Below, in pieces: positions 12,680-28,257 of a stretch of 64,000 nt of DNA. The translations under genes were made by a program, and so were the position numbers. Numbering within the stretch: position 1 is the first letter of the stretch; each line of letters starts with the position of its first letter. The notes beneath the pieces are model-generated. The model was not told where the DNA came from, made no database searches, and was given only the letters and a program-made list of their open reading frames with translations. Origin of the DNA: Octopus vulgaris (lineage: Eukaryota). The stretch is taken from contig OX597842.1 in NCBI GenBank assembly GCA_951406725.2, forward strand, positions 1,426,001 through 1,490,000, given 5' to 3'.

Positions 12680-13199
12680 CGCGGTATTTTGTCTGCCATT
12701 ATGTTCTGAGTTCAAATTCCGCTGAGGTCCACTTTGCCTTTCATCCTTTCAGGGTCGATTAAATAAGTACCAGTTACGTGCTGGGGTCGATATAACCCAC
12801 TGAATCCGTTTGCCTGTCCTTGTTTGTCCCCTCTATGTTTAGCCCCTTGTGGGCAATAAAGAGATAAGTATTTTACCCATTGCTACATTTTGGGTTCAAA
12901 TTCCGCCAAGGTCGACTTTGCCTTTCATCCTTTCGGGGTCAATAAATTAAGTACCATTTGAATACTGAGGTCAATGTAATCTATTTCTTTACTACCCACA
13001 AGGGGCTAAACATAGAAGGGACAAACAAGGACAGACAAACGGATTAAGTTGATTACATCGACCCCCAGTACTTAATTTATTGACCCCGAAAGGATGAAAG
13101 GCAAAGTCGACCTCGGCGGAATTTGAACTCAGAATGTAACGGCAGACGAAATATGGCTACACATTTCGCCCAGCGTGCTAACGATTCTGCCAGTTCGCT
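12680..13199. mobile_element. Cluster of SINE family B copies (Meta/MESC-like domain), both orientations
   Basis: Motif gcctttcatcctttcggggtcgataaattaagtaccag; + copies 12680-12980, - copy 12981-13199. Confidence 0.8.
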
Positions 13200-13244
13200 G
13201 GGGTCAATGTAATCAATTTACCCCTTCCGCTAGTAGTCTTGGAG

Positions 13245-13405
13245 CTGCATACACCTCATGGCCATCAAAGATATATGAAAGCTCAGGCCTTAGAAATTCT
13301 CATCTCACTGAAGGCCACCACATCTATATCTACTGACTTGAAGACTTTGAACAGGTAACTCTGCTGCCAAAGCAATGCAACCCATGTGCATTCACAAAAG
13401 GAGAA
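13245..13405 (-). pseudogene. Fragment of an L1/Tx1-type APE endonuclease N-terminus
   Basis: LWQQSYLFKVFKSVDIDVVAFSEMRIS resembles the APE D-hydrophobic-x-E-T motif. Confidence 0.4.
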
Positions 13406-13673
13406 AAGTGAGAAGAACCACTTACCATATTTCTGGGGAAGGACATGTGTTCCATCCATCTGGTTAACTGGGAGCTTCATCATAAGTTTGTAGAGCGTGA
13501 GTTCAAATCCAGGTGGAGCCAATTTTGGTTTCCATCCATCTGAGGGTCAATAAGATTAAGAATCAGTCAAGTACTGAGGTCGATTGCATCAACTGACCCC
13601 TTCCAGTCAAAACCGCTGGCCTTGCGTCTAAATCAATAATAATGATGATGATGATGATAATTTATGAAGATTA

Positions 13674-14062
13674 CTCTACTCTTTTACTTATTTCAGTTAT
13701 TTGACTGTGGCCATGCTGGAGCATCACCTTTTTAGTCAAGCAAATCAACCCCAGGACTTATTCTTTGTAAGCCTAGTACTTATTCTATCGGTTTCTTTTT
13801 GCCAAACCGCTAAGTTACGGGGACGTAAACACACCAGCATTGGTTGTCAAGCAATGTTGGGGGGACAAACATATACACACACACATATATATAAACATAT
13901 ATACGACGGGCTTCTTTCAGTTTCCGTCTACCAAATCCACTCACAAGGCTTTTGTCGGCCCGAGGCTATAGTAGAAGACAATTGCTCAAGGTGCCACGCA
14001 GTGGGACTGAACCTGGAACCATGTGGCTGGTAAGCAAGCTACTTACCACACAGCCACTCCTC
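13674..14062 (-). mobile_element. SINE family A copy
   Basis: Full-length match to family A. Confidence 0.85.
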
Positions 14063-14195
14063 CGAGGTCAACTTAGCCTTTCGTCCTTTAGGGATCAGTA
14101 AAACAAGTTCAGTAATGATGTCAATGTAATTTACACCCTCCCTCAAAATTGCTGGCCTTGTGCCAAATCTTGAAATCATCATCGTCACCATCATT

Positions 14196-14577
14196 TATTC
14201 TTTTATTTGTTTCAGTCATTTGACTTTGGCCATGCTGGAGCACCACCTTTAATCGAACAATTCAACCCCAGGAGGACTTTGTAAGCCTAGTACTTATTCT
14301 TTTGATCTCTTTTGCTGAACCGCTAAGTTACGGGGACGTAAATACACCAACAACAGTTGTCAAGTGACGGTGGGGGACAAACACAGACGCACAAACATAT
14401 ACATACATATATATATAACGGGCTTCTTTCAGTTTCCATCTACCTAATCCACTCACAAGGCTTTGGTCGGTTCAAGGCTATAGTAGAAGATACTTGCCCA
14501 AGATGCCATGATGTGGGACTGAACCCAGAACCATGTGATTGGAAAGAAAGCTTCTTACCACACAACCATGCTGTGCC
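14196..14577 (-). mobile_element. SINE family A copy
   Basis: Full-length match to family A. Confidence 0.85.
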
Positions 14578-14883
14578 TATTATTATTATCATTATTATTA
14601 TTATTATTGTTTTTATTATCATTATTATTATTATTATTATTATTAGTGAGGTAGCTAACTGGCAGAATTGTTAGCACACTGGATAAAATGCTTAGTAGTC
14701 TTTCACCCGTCACTATATTCTGGGTTCAAATTCCGCCAAGGTCGACTTTACCTTTCATCCTTTTAGGGTTAATAAAAGAAATACCATTTGAATACTGGGG
14801 AGTCGATGTAATTAATTTACCCCTTCCCCTGATTTTGCTACCCTTGTGGAAAAATGTGAAACCATTATTATTATGATTATTTG

Positions 14884-14914
<31 letters not shown>

Positions 14915-14928
14915 GCTGCTGTTGCTGT

Positions 14929-15295
14929 TGAGCGAATGGTCTCCATCCCAGAGTTCACAAGAAGGGAGAAGTCCGAAACGTGGTCCTTTGCTATTCGTAA
15001 GACCCGCAGAAGAGAAAGCAGGTCAACCCCCAACACCGAGACCATCGATGGATGGATGAATGCGCATCTAGGCTCAGCGGTTGCGTAGGAAGTCGGGGGA
15101 CAAGAAACAGGATGAAAGAGTGAGAGAATGCTAGGGCAAAAGAGTACAACAGGGGTCACCACCACCCACTGCCGGTGCCTCGTTGAGCTTTAGGTGCTTT
15201 CGCTCAATAAACACACAACGCCCAGTCTGGGAATCGAAACTGTGATCCTCCGACTGCGAGTCCGCTGCCCTAACCACTGGGCCATTGCACCTCCT
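14929..15295 (-). mobile_element. SINE family C copy
   Basis: Reverse complement of 1783-2175. Confidence 0.8.
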
Positions 15296-15456
15296 GCTGC
15301 TGCTGCTATAGAACTACATATTATTACTGATATTGTTGTCTTGTGTTAACACCTTAACTATAAACATTATCTGAATACATGACAAAATTATCACATTATG
15401 AAAAAGAAAAAGGTAAAAATATACAGCTATAAAAACAAAAACCAAAGCAAGCCACA

Positions 15457-15506
<50 letters not shown>

Positions 15507-15776
15507 TAAAATCGATGAAGAAATGAAGAATTGTATTGAGAGTTTTGACAGACGAGACAAGACTCATTTGCATAAAGGAAAATTTGTGGCGCCAACACCT
15601 TTAATAACGTTTTCGGTACCTGTCACATTCACAGCATAGAATCACTGCAACAATAACTTGCAAGAATAATACAAAAAAAATAAGGGACATAACTCAAAAG
15701 AAACATGTGTGAATGTACAAGTGATAATGTCTGTGTATATACCCACGCATATATTTCTATATAAAGCTATATATGC

Positions 15777-15809
<33 letters not shown>

Positions 15810-16094
15810 CATACACATGCACAAATGTGTGCATATACATGTCATCATTACCATTTAATGATTATATGTATACCAACTCACATGTTTACATGCATATATG
15901 TGCATGTGTGTATACAAAATGTATATATATATACACACAGACATGCAAATCGTAGTTTTATATGCATATGTTTATATATGTATGTACATTTATATAATTA
16001 TACATATACATACGACGAGATATATATATATATATATGTATATACATATGTATATATATTTGTGTATATATATATGTATATATACATGTATGCA

Positions 16095-16126
<32 letters not shown>

Positions 16127-16407
16127 CATATATTTATATATGTATGTACATTTATATATTTGTTCATATGCATATGCCGAGAGATATATATATGTATATA
16201 TGTATACATATATATATATATATGTACGTATGTATGTATGTATGTATATATGTTTGTACGTATGCGCGTGTGTGTGTATATATATGAGAATCAGAAGAGA
16301 GAGTTGACAATATGACAGATTGCATAGAACAACAGGTGAGTTTGTGGAGGTGTGAGGTAGGGTGGAGACATGATGAGGCAAAAGACAAGGAAAGCCTCAA
16401 TATTTGA

Positions 16408-16438
<31 letters not shown>

Positions 16439-17218
16439 GGTGGTGGTGGTGGTGGTGGTAGCGGTAGTAGTAACAGTGTTAGTGGCAGCAATAGTGCTGC
16501 TGGTGGTGGTAGTAATAGTATGGGTGGTAGTTGCAGTGGTAGTAGTAGTAGTAGTAGTAACTGCTATTGTTGTGGTGGCCGTAGATAGTGGTGACAGTGA
16601 TGGTTGTAGTAATAGTAGCAGCAGCAGCAGTGGTGGTGGCCATGGTAGTGGTGGTGGGCGTAGACATGATAGCAGCAAGGGCAGTAACAGTAAAAATGAG
16701 GGGGACAGTAGTAGTAGTAGTAGCAGTGGTGGTGGTCGTGGTGGTGGTAGTAGTAGTAGTAGCAGTGGTCGTTGTAGTAGTGGTGGTAGAGGTGGTGGTG
16801 GTTGTAGTAGTCGTAGTTGTAGTAGTAGTAATAGTAGTAGTAGTGGTGGTAGTAGTAGTAGTAGCAGCAGTAGTAGTAGTTATACGTACGTATGTTCTCT
16901 TTCTCTTTTTAAGTTGGGACAAATTTTGACCAATCATTTGCTTTGGTTACAAACATGTGACAGAAAGCATCTTGTTTTAACCATCAACCTTTTAAGTCCT
17001 GCAGATTTTTATAGTTCAAGATATCAAGACCATTTGTAGTATAGGAAATAATGATTTGCATTCTCTCCCCAAGATCCCAAGTTCAGCCAATTTGCTCCAG
17101 ATGGGCCAGTATGTATCCTGCTGCCCCATTAAGAAAAGATATGAAGCTGAAAGTTTATCTTGGTTACTGGATTTGCAAACTCCTTACCAGGGGTCCAGAG
17201 ATGTCCTCTTTTCTCTTG

Positions 17219-17451
17219 AAGGCGGCGAGCTGGCAGAAACGTTAGCATGCTGGGCTAAATGCTTAGCGTTATTTCGTCTGCCGTTGTGTTCTGAGTTCAA
17301 ATTCCGCCGAGGTTGACTTTGCCTTTCATCCTTTCGGGGTTGATAAATTAAGTACCAGTTACGCACTGGTGTCGTTGTGATCGACTTAATCCCTTTGCCT
17401 GTCCTTATTTGTCCCCTCTATATTTATCCCTTTGTGGGCAATAAAGAAATA
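17219..17451 (+). mobile_element. Full-length SINE family B with 20-bp target-site duplication
   Basis: TSD agatgtcctcttttctcttg at 17199-17218 and 17452-17471; B-box gagttcaaattc. Confidence 0.9.
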
Positions 17452-17519
17452 AGATGTCCTCTTTTCTCTTGTATTTTTCTAACACACATTCATGTCCATC
17501 TGAGCCTGTCCCATATACG

Positions 17520-18050
17520 AATGTGATTGTAAGTATGCTTGTACCTCTTCTGGTGTGTCAGGTCACTTTCGTGTGCTACTGGTAACATGTAACCCAGTAC
17601 AACTTGTTGCATGGTCAGGTCATCAGCAACTAAACCAGCAACCGCACCAAGATTGCTTGGTGAGGAGGGTGTTTATTGGACACCCTGCAGGATGAAAAAC
17701 AAAACCCGTCAAAGGGCGGAGGAACTCTTAAGAGTTAACGGCCATCCAATAAATGTCTTAAGGATGTATCATGCGCGGGAACATAGAAATAATCGGACTG
17801 AGTACCCAATCGCGCGGTTAAACCATTGGGAGTGAAGGACTCCTAGCCTTTGTTAGGGCATCCTTCTAGGAGAGGGTAACTCAGGTAACTGGGATAACTC
17901 CGACATAAAACCTGCGGCTCAGTGGTTACCGATGATGTTGACTTCTTGATCTTTTCGGATTATGGCTGCTGTTGCTTAGTGAGTGGGATTGACTCAGCGC
18001 ACAGCCTTTCCTCACTTTAAAAAAAATCTTCTTGCACAGGCATTGCACGA
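17520..18050 (+). mobile_element. Probable 5' UTR of an RTE-clade LINE
   Basis: GC-richer block with gggcatccttctaggagagggtaactc...aaacc, resembling RTE leader motifs as recalled; no ORF follows. Confidence 0.4.
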
Positions 18051-18821
18051 TAACAACATTGATTAAACTTCGTGCAATGACCATACTCGATAACGAGGGG
18101 GCAGCCACCATCTCTTCTAGACATTGCAAGATAATTGTAAAAGGATGTCACCATCATACAAAGAGTTCCATTCATTTCAAATATCCTGCAAGAAACATGA
18201 CTGGTGATGAGAAAATATTACTTCACTGAAGAAGCCGATGAGTGTTAGCAACAGGAAGATCATCCAGCTGTAGAAAATCTAAAAAGTAGCATCCATCTGA
18301 CCCATGCAAACAACGAAAACTAGACGTAAGTGAAAAGCAAATAATACGCACAAGGCCCTGTACTTTAATCCATGGTTATATGTACTTTAATATTTAGAAC
18401 AGAGTTCCTTTTTTTGCATATTCAATCAACTTAAATCATATCTACTCGCACATACACACATGTGCGTATATGTGTATGTTTTTTAAGGTGTTCCCCACTT
18501 GTATCTTATCAGTTATAAAACCTAAATGTCCCACAGAGAGTTTATTCTTCCCACAAATTTAGTTAAAGAAGCAAACCACAGGAGATTTGCAGGAACCTTT
18601 TCATTTTATACACACACAGATATATAAGCAATATGCATACATATATATATATATATATATGTATATGCATATATGTATATACATATATAAACACACACAC
18701 ATTATACATACAGGTATATATATATATAGATAAGAGTTACTTGGAAAAAGGATGCGTGGCATTCGATCATATAATATAATATATAAATATATGCATATAT
18801 ACATACATATATGTACATACC

Positions 18822-19446
<625 letters not shown>

Positions 19447-20721
19447 GTATTTGCATAATTTACATATATATATATACTCATAGGATTTTACACAAACACA
19501 CACAGACATATAGGCAATATGTGTGTGTATAAATATATATATATATATATGTATATGTATTTGCATATATGTATATACATATATAAATATGCACACATAA
19601 TACATACAGGTACATATATATATATGTGTATATATATATATATATATACATACATATACATATATATAGTACACACGTATGTGCATATAATGCATAATTT
19701 ACATATATATGTGTACATACATACACACATATATATACTCAGGTATGTACACATACACACAAACACAAAAACACACACGCATACACATACACTGCTGACA
19801 ATTAAGGAACACCTTTCTGCATAGAATATATAACGAAATCCTCAAATGGATAAAAGAAACCACGGTGCAACCACAATCGAAATAAGAACGAGATTAAAAT
19901 CACAATACCAAAAAGAAAATCATACAAAAAGACAAAAAGAAACCGGTAACACCTAAAATCCACACACAACAAAAAAACAACAACAAAACAAAAACAGGTG
20001 CTGTAACTCTTAATTCATCTGTATAATATCGCAGCACCATATACATCTACTCCTACTACAACTAAAACCACCACCACCACCACCACTACTACTACTACTA
20101 CAAGTGGTTGGAAGCAGCAGTAGCAGCGGCAGTAGTAATTTCAGCAGCAGTACTTATGCTCCTTAAATGTAATTTACAATGCCTTTCCTAGCCTAAAGAA
20201 TTCTTCTTGTTTTAGCTATAATTTGGCAATATGAATCTGTCTAAGCTGTGAAGATGTCCCTTTTTTTTTTTACCTTTTATCATTTTCTTTTTTGTGTTTT
20301 TGTTGCTGTTGGATTTTTGTATTATTATTATTATTTTTTTTGTGTATATTCATTATTATTTTATTTTATTTTTAATTCTGTTGTTTTTGTCTTTATATAG
20401 TTTCGTTTTGGTTTTTAAGTTTCTCAATAACAAGTGGGAATGTTGTTGAAAACATGATTGATACGTGTAGATGTGTGTTTCGGCGGTATCCGTGTGTGTA
20501 TGTGTGTCTTTATGGGTGTGTGTGTGCATGTGTGTGTTTGTATCGTTGATATGTGTACTTATCATTAGCTATGAGTATATATATATGTGTGTGTTTCCAT
20601 AAGTATATATATATATATGTGTGTGTGTGTATGTATATATATATGAGAATATACATATATATATATGTGTATATATCATTAGCTATGAGTATAGATATGT
20701 GTGTGTGTGTGTGTGCATAAG

Positions 20722-20756
<35 letters not shown>

Positions 20757-20845
20757 ATGTATATATATATGAGAATATACATACATATATATTTATGAGA
20801 ATATATATATATATATATCTTAAGCAGTATTTATAAATGTCATCT

Positions 20846-20886
<41 letters not shown>

Positions 20887-21400
20887 AGCACACACATACA
20901 TATATGTGTGTAAATACATATATAATATACGTATATATATATATATATAAATGTATATATATATGTATACAACACATCTGTAATTGTAGATTCATACATG
21001 TGTATATGCTTATATATATGTGTGTGTGTATGCTTATATATATATATCTGTGTGTGTATATGTCTGTGTGTGTGTGTGTATGTATGAATATGTATAAATA
21101 TGGTATAAAAACATTTTTTGAGTTTATGCATATGTTTAAAAATCTGTGTATCTATATGTATGTATATTTACACATAAATATATATCACGCATATATTATT
21201 AAATTTTTCTCTCAAACTTCCACTTGAGAAAAGAGCCAGTTTCTGTCAGCGACTGCACCACCAGTGCCACTCCACCCCTTCTGTGTATCTCTCATCACCA
21301 TCACCACCTCCAACATCGTCATTGCTCAGATTTTCATTCCCCAACTTTTGCAACCATCATTTCTTGTGCCTCTCTTATCCTCTTTCCTGTATTTAAATAC

Positions 21401-21433
<33 letters not shown>

Positions 21434-21499
21434 CATATATAAGTATACACATATATGTGGATAAATATATACACATATATGTGAATATATGTATACAAC

Positions 21500-21536
<37 letters not shown>

Positions 21537-21570
21537 GTATGTGTGTGTATATATATATACATATATATGT

Positions 21571-21604
<34 letters not shown>

Positions 21605-21631
21605 GTGTGTATATATATATATACATATATA

Positions 21632-21675
<44 letters not shown>

Positions 21676-21994
21676 TGCATATATATATATGTGAGTATAT
21701 ATATATATGTATGTATACATATATAGATATATGTCTATATATATATATATATAAATATCTATATACACATATATATATATGTGTGTGTGCATATATATAT
21801 ATATATATACATAAATATCTATGTATACATAAATATATATTTGTATATATATTTATACATATATATGTATGCATATATATGTATATATGTGTATACATAT
21901 ATATATATATGTATGTATATATGTATTATATACATACATATGTATACATATATGTATATATATATGTATTTATATATGTATATATACATACATT

Positions 21995-22026
<32 letters not shown>

Positions 22027-24600
22027 TGCATACATACGCATATGCATATACATGTATAGATATATGTATATACAAATATATATACAGACATATATATATA
22101 AATACATACATATATAAGTATATGTATATATGTCTGTGTGACTGTGTGTGTGTGTTGTTAGTCATCCGCTCCCTTCTTCCAAGAACACAAGATATGGAAG
22201 GTGTTACAGGAATCTTAATGTCTAAAAGTGATAGATTCGAAACCTTAGCAGCAGGTGGCAGGAACTGGTAGATAGAGTGTTAATGCTGGTGGCGGCGGTG
22301 GTGGTAGGTGGTGGTGGTCGTGGCGGTGATGACTGTGGTGATGGTGGTGGAGGTGGTGGTGAAAGTGGAGGTTGTAGCAATGGTGGTGTTTGAAGCATAT
22401 AGATGGTGTGTGGGCAGTAGCATAGTGGTGGTGGCGATGGTGTTGGGCATTGAATGACTACATAGGACAGAGTGGAGAAGAGGAGTGGTGTCGGAAGATT
22501 TGGTGATGGTGGTGATAATTGAGTTGATGTGCTGATGGTAGTGGTGGTGGTGTTTGTGGTGGTTGTGGTGGTGTTTGTGGTGGTAATGGTTTTGGTGGTG
22601 TTGTTTGTGGTTGATGGTGGTTGTGATGGTTGTTCTAGTGATGATGTTGATGGTGGTGTTGGTGTTGATGGTGGTGATAGTGTTGATGGTGGTGATGGTG
22701 TTGATGGTGGTGATAGTGTTGATGGTGGTGATAGTGTTGATGGTGGTGGTGATGGTGTTGATGGTGGTGATGGTGTTGATGGTGGTGATGGTGTTGATGG
22801 TGGTGATAGTATTGATGGTGGTGTTTGTGGCAGTTGTGGTAGTTGTTGTCATGGTTTTTGAGGTGGTTGTGATGGTAGTGGTTTTGATGGTGTTGTTTGT
22901 GGTGGTGTTGGTGGTTGATGGTTGTTGTGGTGATGGTGCTGATGGTAGTGGTGGCGTTTGTGGCAGTTGTCATGGTGCTTGAGGTGGTTGTGATGGTAGT
23001 GTTGATGATGGTTGTGATGATGGTGATGCTGGTTGTGGTAATGATGGTAAAGATGATGATGGTGACAATGATGATGGTGGTGGTGGTGACGATAGTAGTA
23101 GTCGTAGTAGTAGTGATGGTAGAGATGAAGGAGGTGATGATGGTGTAGGTAGCATTAATGATATGATGGTGGTGGCGATGATGATGAGTTATTCTTCATG
23201 ATGAAGGTGAGGGCATTCCAATCAACAATGGTAGCAGTGATGGTCATTATTGTAGTTTCCACTATTAGTGTTGTTGTTTAACCCCAGGCCAACAATGATA
23301 CACCACGCACACTCCTCTCACCAAGTGCAATCCATTTGTGACCATCCCAACAGTTACCTGTATGCTGGAAACTCAAATCCTTATCATAACACTTACATTT
23401 GTAAGCACAGTGAGATATGGGTTAAGGGAAGTTTAGTTACTATTTCTGGCAGTCAAGGATGTCACATAGGGACAAGTGGTTGTTGCAGGTATCACTGGAC
23501 CAGGTGCTTAGTTGATACAAGGAGAGAAACAAGAAAAAGTGAAGGTTAGTGATGTGCAGAAAGGTGCCAAACACACACACACACACACGTGAATGTTTGT
23601 CTTTATATATGTGTATAGATGGAATAACAGTTCTGTTGTATGAGAATTGGATATATACATACATTTATATGTAAAGGTGTGTGCATGTATATATGTGTCT
23701 ATATATATGTGTGTGTGTGTGTGTGTTATATAAATATAGATAGATTATATATATACATTTACATTTATATATTATATATATAGATATAAATCAATGTATA
23801 CATATATTATATGTATATAAAAATGTATATTATATACATATATATAAACATATATATATATATATACATATATATACATAGTACATATATATATATAGTA
23901 CATATATATAGTACATATATATATATATAAATGCTCTCTCTCTCTCCCTCTCTCTTTCTCTCACTATATATATATATACACACATACAAATATATACTAT
24001 ATACATACATATATACATATATACTATATATACACAGCAATATATACTATGTATATGTGTATATATACACACACATATATCCCAGCATATATACACATAC
24101 AGATTATACATAGATGTGTGTCTTATGGAAGAAGAAGAAGAAGAAGAAGAAGAAGAAGAAAAATGGAAGAAGAAGAAGAAGAATGGAAGAAGAAGAAGAA
24201 GAAGAAGAAGAAGAAGAAGAAGAAGAAGAAGAAGAAGAAGAAGAAAAGGCATTGAGACTATAAAGAGGTGAGATGTGAGAGGTGGGGTTTGACAGGTGAG
24301 AACAAAAGAGTTAAAAAGGAGTAAGGTTGGGGTGGGGAGGGGTAGAGTTCAAAAAGGGCAACAAGTGAAAAAAAGGGGGAGGGGAGTGTGAAGCAGAGAA
24401 GGGAGAGGCATAGAGAGGGTGGGGGAGGGATTTAGAAGTGTTAAGTCAATGTATATTTTGTTTGTATGTGAGTGTGTGTGCGAATACATACACCTTTACA
24501 TACACACACACACACACACATAAATACATATATCTTTATACACACATAAACAAACAGAAAGACAGACAGACAGACAGATGGATAGATAGATATAAATTTT

Positions 24601-24632
<32 letters not shown>

Positions 24633-24816
24633 AATACAAATGAGTTAGTGTGTATATATATATGTGTGTGTGTGTGTACATATATATACACACATATATA
24701 CATATAATGATGTATATGCATACAGAAATGCACCTTTGTATAAACGTGCATGTATCTATAAATATATATACAAATGTGTGTGTATGTACATACATACATA
24801 TATATATATATCTGTA

Positions 24817-24849
<33 letters not shown>

Positions 24850-25148
24850 GTAAATGTATGTGTTTATATATCTATTTGTGTATATATGTGTGCATATGTA
24901 TATATATATATAAATATATATACACACAGTGCCCCAGCATGGTCACATCTCGTGAGCCGAAACTAGAAAAAAAAAATATATATATATATATATATATGGA
25001 ATGTGTGTATATATATGTATGTGTATGTATACATGTGTAAGTGTGTGTGTATGTGTGCATGTGTATATATATATATATGGAATGTGTATATATATGTATG
25101 TGTGTATATATATATATATATGTATACACACATTACATGCATATATAT

Positions 25149-25197
<49 letters not shown>

Positions 25198-25935
25198 CTT
25201 TATATTATATATGCATATATATATAAAGATATAATATATACATATACAATCACACACACACACACACATACACACGGGCACACATATATGCATACATAAA
25301 TATATAATGGTATGGCTTGAGGCTAGAGAGGATAGGTAAGAGGGGTGGGCAGGTGGGGTAAGGTAGTGGAGGGGTGGGGGAGAGGACAGAAGAATTGGTT
25401 TACAGCAACAGGTGAAAAGGAATTGGAAGTGAAAGGATAACATAAATGGTGGTGGTTGTGGCAGTTGGGGTTGTGTGGAGGGTGGAGAAGGTGATGGCAA
25501 TGGCGGAAGTGGTGTGAGTGTGATGGTGGGTGGTGTCATTGGCAGTGATGGAGGCGATGGTGATTGTGAAAACAGTGGTGGTGGTGGTTTTGTTGGCTGT
25601 GATGGTTGTGATGATGATGATGGTGTTGGTGGTGGTAAGGATGGTGGTTCTGGTGGTGATGTCGTTGGCAGTAATGGTGGTGATGATGATGATTGTGATA
25701 ACAGTGGTGGTGGTGGTTGTAGTGGTTTCATTGGCAGTGATGATGATGATGATGGTGGTGGTGGTGATGTTGTTGAAAGTGATGGTTGTGATGATGATGA
25801 TGATGATGATGATAGTGGTGGTGGTAGTGAGGATGGTGGTTGTGGTGATGTCGTTGGCAGCGATGGTGGTGATGATGATGGTGATTGTGATAACGGTGGT
25901 GGTGGTTTTCTTGGCAGTGATAGTTGTGATGATGA

Positions 25936-25967
<32 letters not shown>

Positions 25968-26230
25968 AGAATGGTGGTTGTGATGGTAATGATAATAATA
26001 GTTGTAATGGTGGTTGTGGTAGTGATGGTGAAGATAGTTTTGGTGGTAGTTGTGTTGTAGTTGGTGGAGACGGTGGTAGTGGTGACAGTTTTGGAGATGG
26101 TGGTAGTTACAGTCATGCTGGCTGTGGTGGTGGCTATGGGAGGGACGGCTTTGGTGATAGTGACAATATTGATAATAATTCCGGAAGATAATCATCAGAG
26201 TAATGATGGTGGTAATCATAATTACTATGA

Positions 26231-26264
<34 letters not shown>

Positions 26265-26677
26265 GATGACAATGATATTTATGATGGTTGTAATGGTGCC
26301 AACAATGTTATTATGATGATGATGATGATGATGCTGACTTGTTTTAGTCATTGGATTGTGGCCATACTGGGGCACCGCAATGAAGTGTTTACTTCATTTT
26401 CCATTTTAATGAAATATAAACTTCGTTTGTAAAATATCTAATTAATAAGTTTCAGGTAAAATCATGCTGAAGATTTCTAAAAAGAATGAAATCAGCCTAC
26501 AACACAATTATCACCAAATAGCAACTGTAAGAATTTCATGATAGACAAAGCAAAATTAAATATGTGATTTCCATTTCACCTCTTTCTCGAAGTCCTCAGT
26601 TTCAAATTCAAATTCCTGATCTACCCTTCATTTGTGAGGGGTTCGTTATCTCCCTGATATTAGTAACCACAGACAGA

Positions 26678-26872
26678 GCACACCAGATGGCTGGATATAA
26701 CTGGAGAAGAACTCTACAGGCTTGATGTTACCCTGGAGGTTGCAGAGGGACTGGCATGGGACTGCCAGTGATGGAGAAAACTGGTGGACCTGGTTGGCTG
26801 TATGCATGAAGATGTCCCTAGGACCCCTAATTTGGGGGTGACCCTAGCCCTATCAAGCAAGAGCAAGCAAGG
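26678..26872 (+). pseudogene. 3' end of an RTE-like LINE
   Basis: TRWLDITGEELYRLDVTLEVAEGLAWDCQ*WRKLV, then a (caag)n tail. Confidence 0.55.
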
Positions 26873-28257
26873 AACCAAGATCTGGCTTGTTTGCTCTATC
26901 TACTTCCATTACTATACATCCAACTTTACCTTTTGCAGTGGTGCAGTGGAATCACAGAAAGGCATAAGAGTGGCTCTGTGGTAAGTAGCTTGCTTACGAA
27001 TCACATGGTTCCATGTTCAGTCCCACTGCATGGCACCTTAGGCAAGTGTGTCTTCTACTATAGCTTTGGGCCGACCAAAGCCTTGTGAGTGGATTTGGTA
27101 GATGGAAACTGAAAAAAGCCTGTTGTATATATATATATATATATATCAAAACAAATCAAAATAGATGAACATCAATGGAATTTGTATCTTTGTGGTACCA
27201 GTGCCGGTGGCACACAAGAAAACCATCCGAACGTGGCCGTAGCCAGTACCGCATCGATTGGCTTCCGTGCTGTGAGCACGTAACAAACACCATCCGATCG
27301 TGGCCGTTCGCCAGCCTCATCTGGCACTTGTGTCGGTGGCACATAAAAAACACCATCCGAGCGTCAAATAACTGAAACAAGTAAAGAGAGAAATGAAAGC
27401 TGGTATGCTCTGCTAGCTGTGCAATGTCTGTATGCATGTATGACAAAAGTGAAAATGTGTTGAGTGAAAAATTGGGCATAAGAGGGATCAGATGCTGTGT
27501 GCAAGAGAGAAGACTGAGCTGGTGGGGTCAGAGGATGTGGATGGATGAGGACAGTTGCATTAAGGAGTGCTGATCTCTGAATATGGATAGAGGAAGAAAG
27601 AGAGATGGAAAGGAAGAAAGAAAGGAAGGAGGGAAAATGTGGAAGGAAGGAGGGATGAAAGAAAGAAAAAATTAGGGAGAAAGAAAGAAAGAAGTAACAG
27701 AGATAATGAAAGAAAGAAAAAATAGGGAGAAAGAAAGGAAGAAGGGAGAACGAAAGTGGGAAGAAATAGAGATAGTGATAGAAAGAAACATACAATTAAA
27801 GGAAAAGTAAGGAAGAGAAAGATACAAAAATAGGAAAGAATGAGTGAAAGTATGAAAGAAAGGTGAGAAGGAGAGACAGAGTGAATGAAGAATTGTAAGA
27901 AAGAAAGAGAGAGAAAGAAAGTGATAAACAGTAAAAGAAAGTGAGAAAGAAGGAAAGACAAAAGGAAAGAGAGAAGAAATAAATAATGAAAGAGAGCAGG
28001 AAAGAAAGTAAATTGCATGATACAGGTGAAAGAAAAACAAGCAAAATACAAAAAAAGACCAAAAAATAAACACTTCCAGAAAGCAACTAAGAATGAAATA
28101 AAAAAGTTTAACAATCATACCCCCCCACCCCCCGCTGCCAATCTATAAAACTCCTCCAATATTTTATATCACCCAAGGTACATTTGTACAACATCTGATT
28201 CAGTTTTATTCCATTCCAGAAGCTATTGTTCTTTAAAGATATATTTCAGCTTTATCT

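Noticed and set aside
25400-26432. Gly/Asp-, His- and Val-rich ORFs
   Set aside because: Overlapping frames of a GGT/GAT tract with no splice or domain evidence
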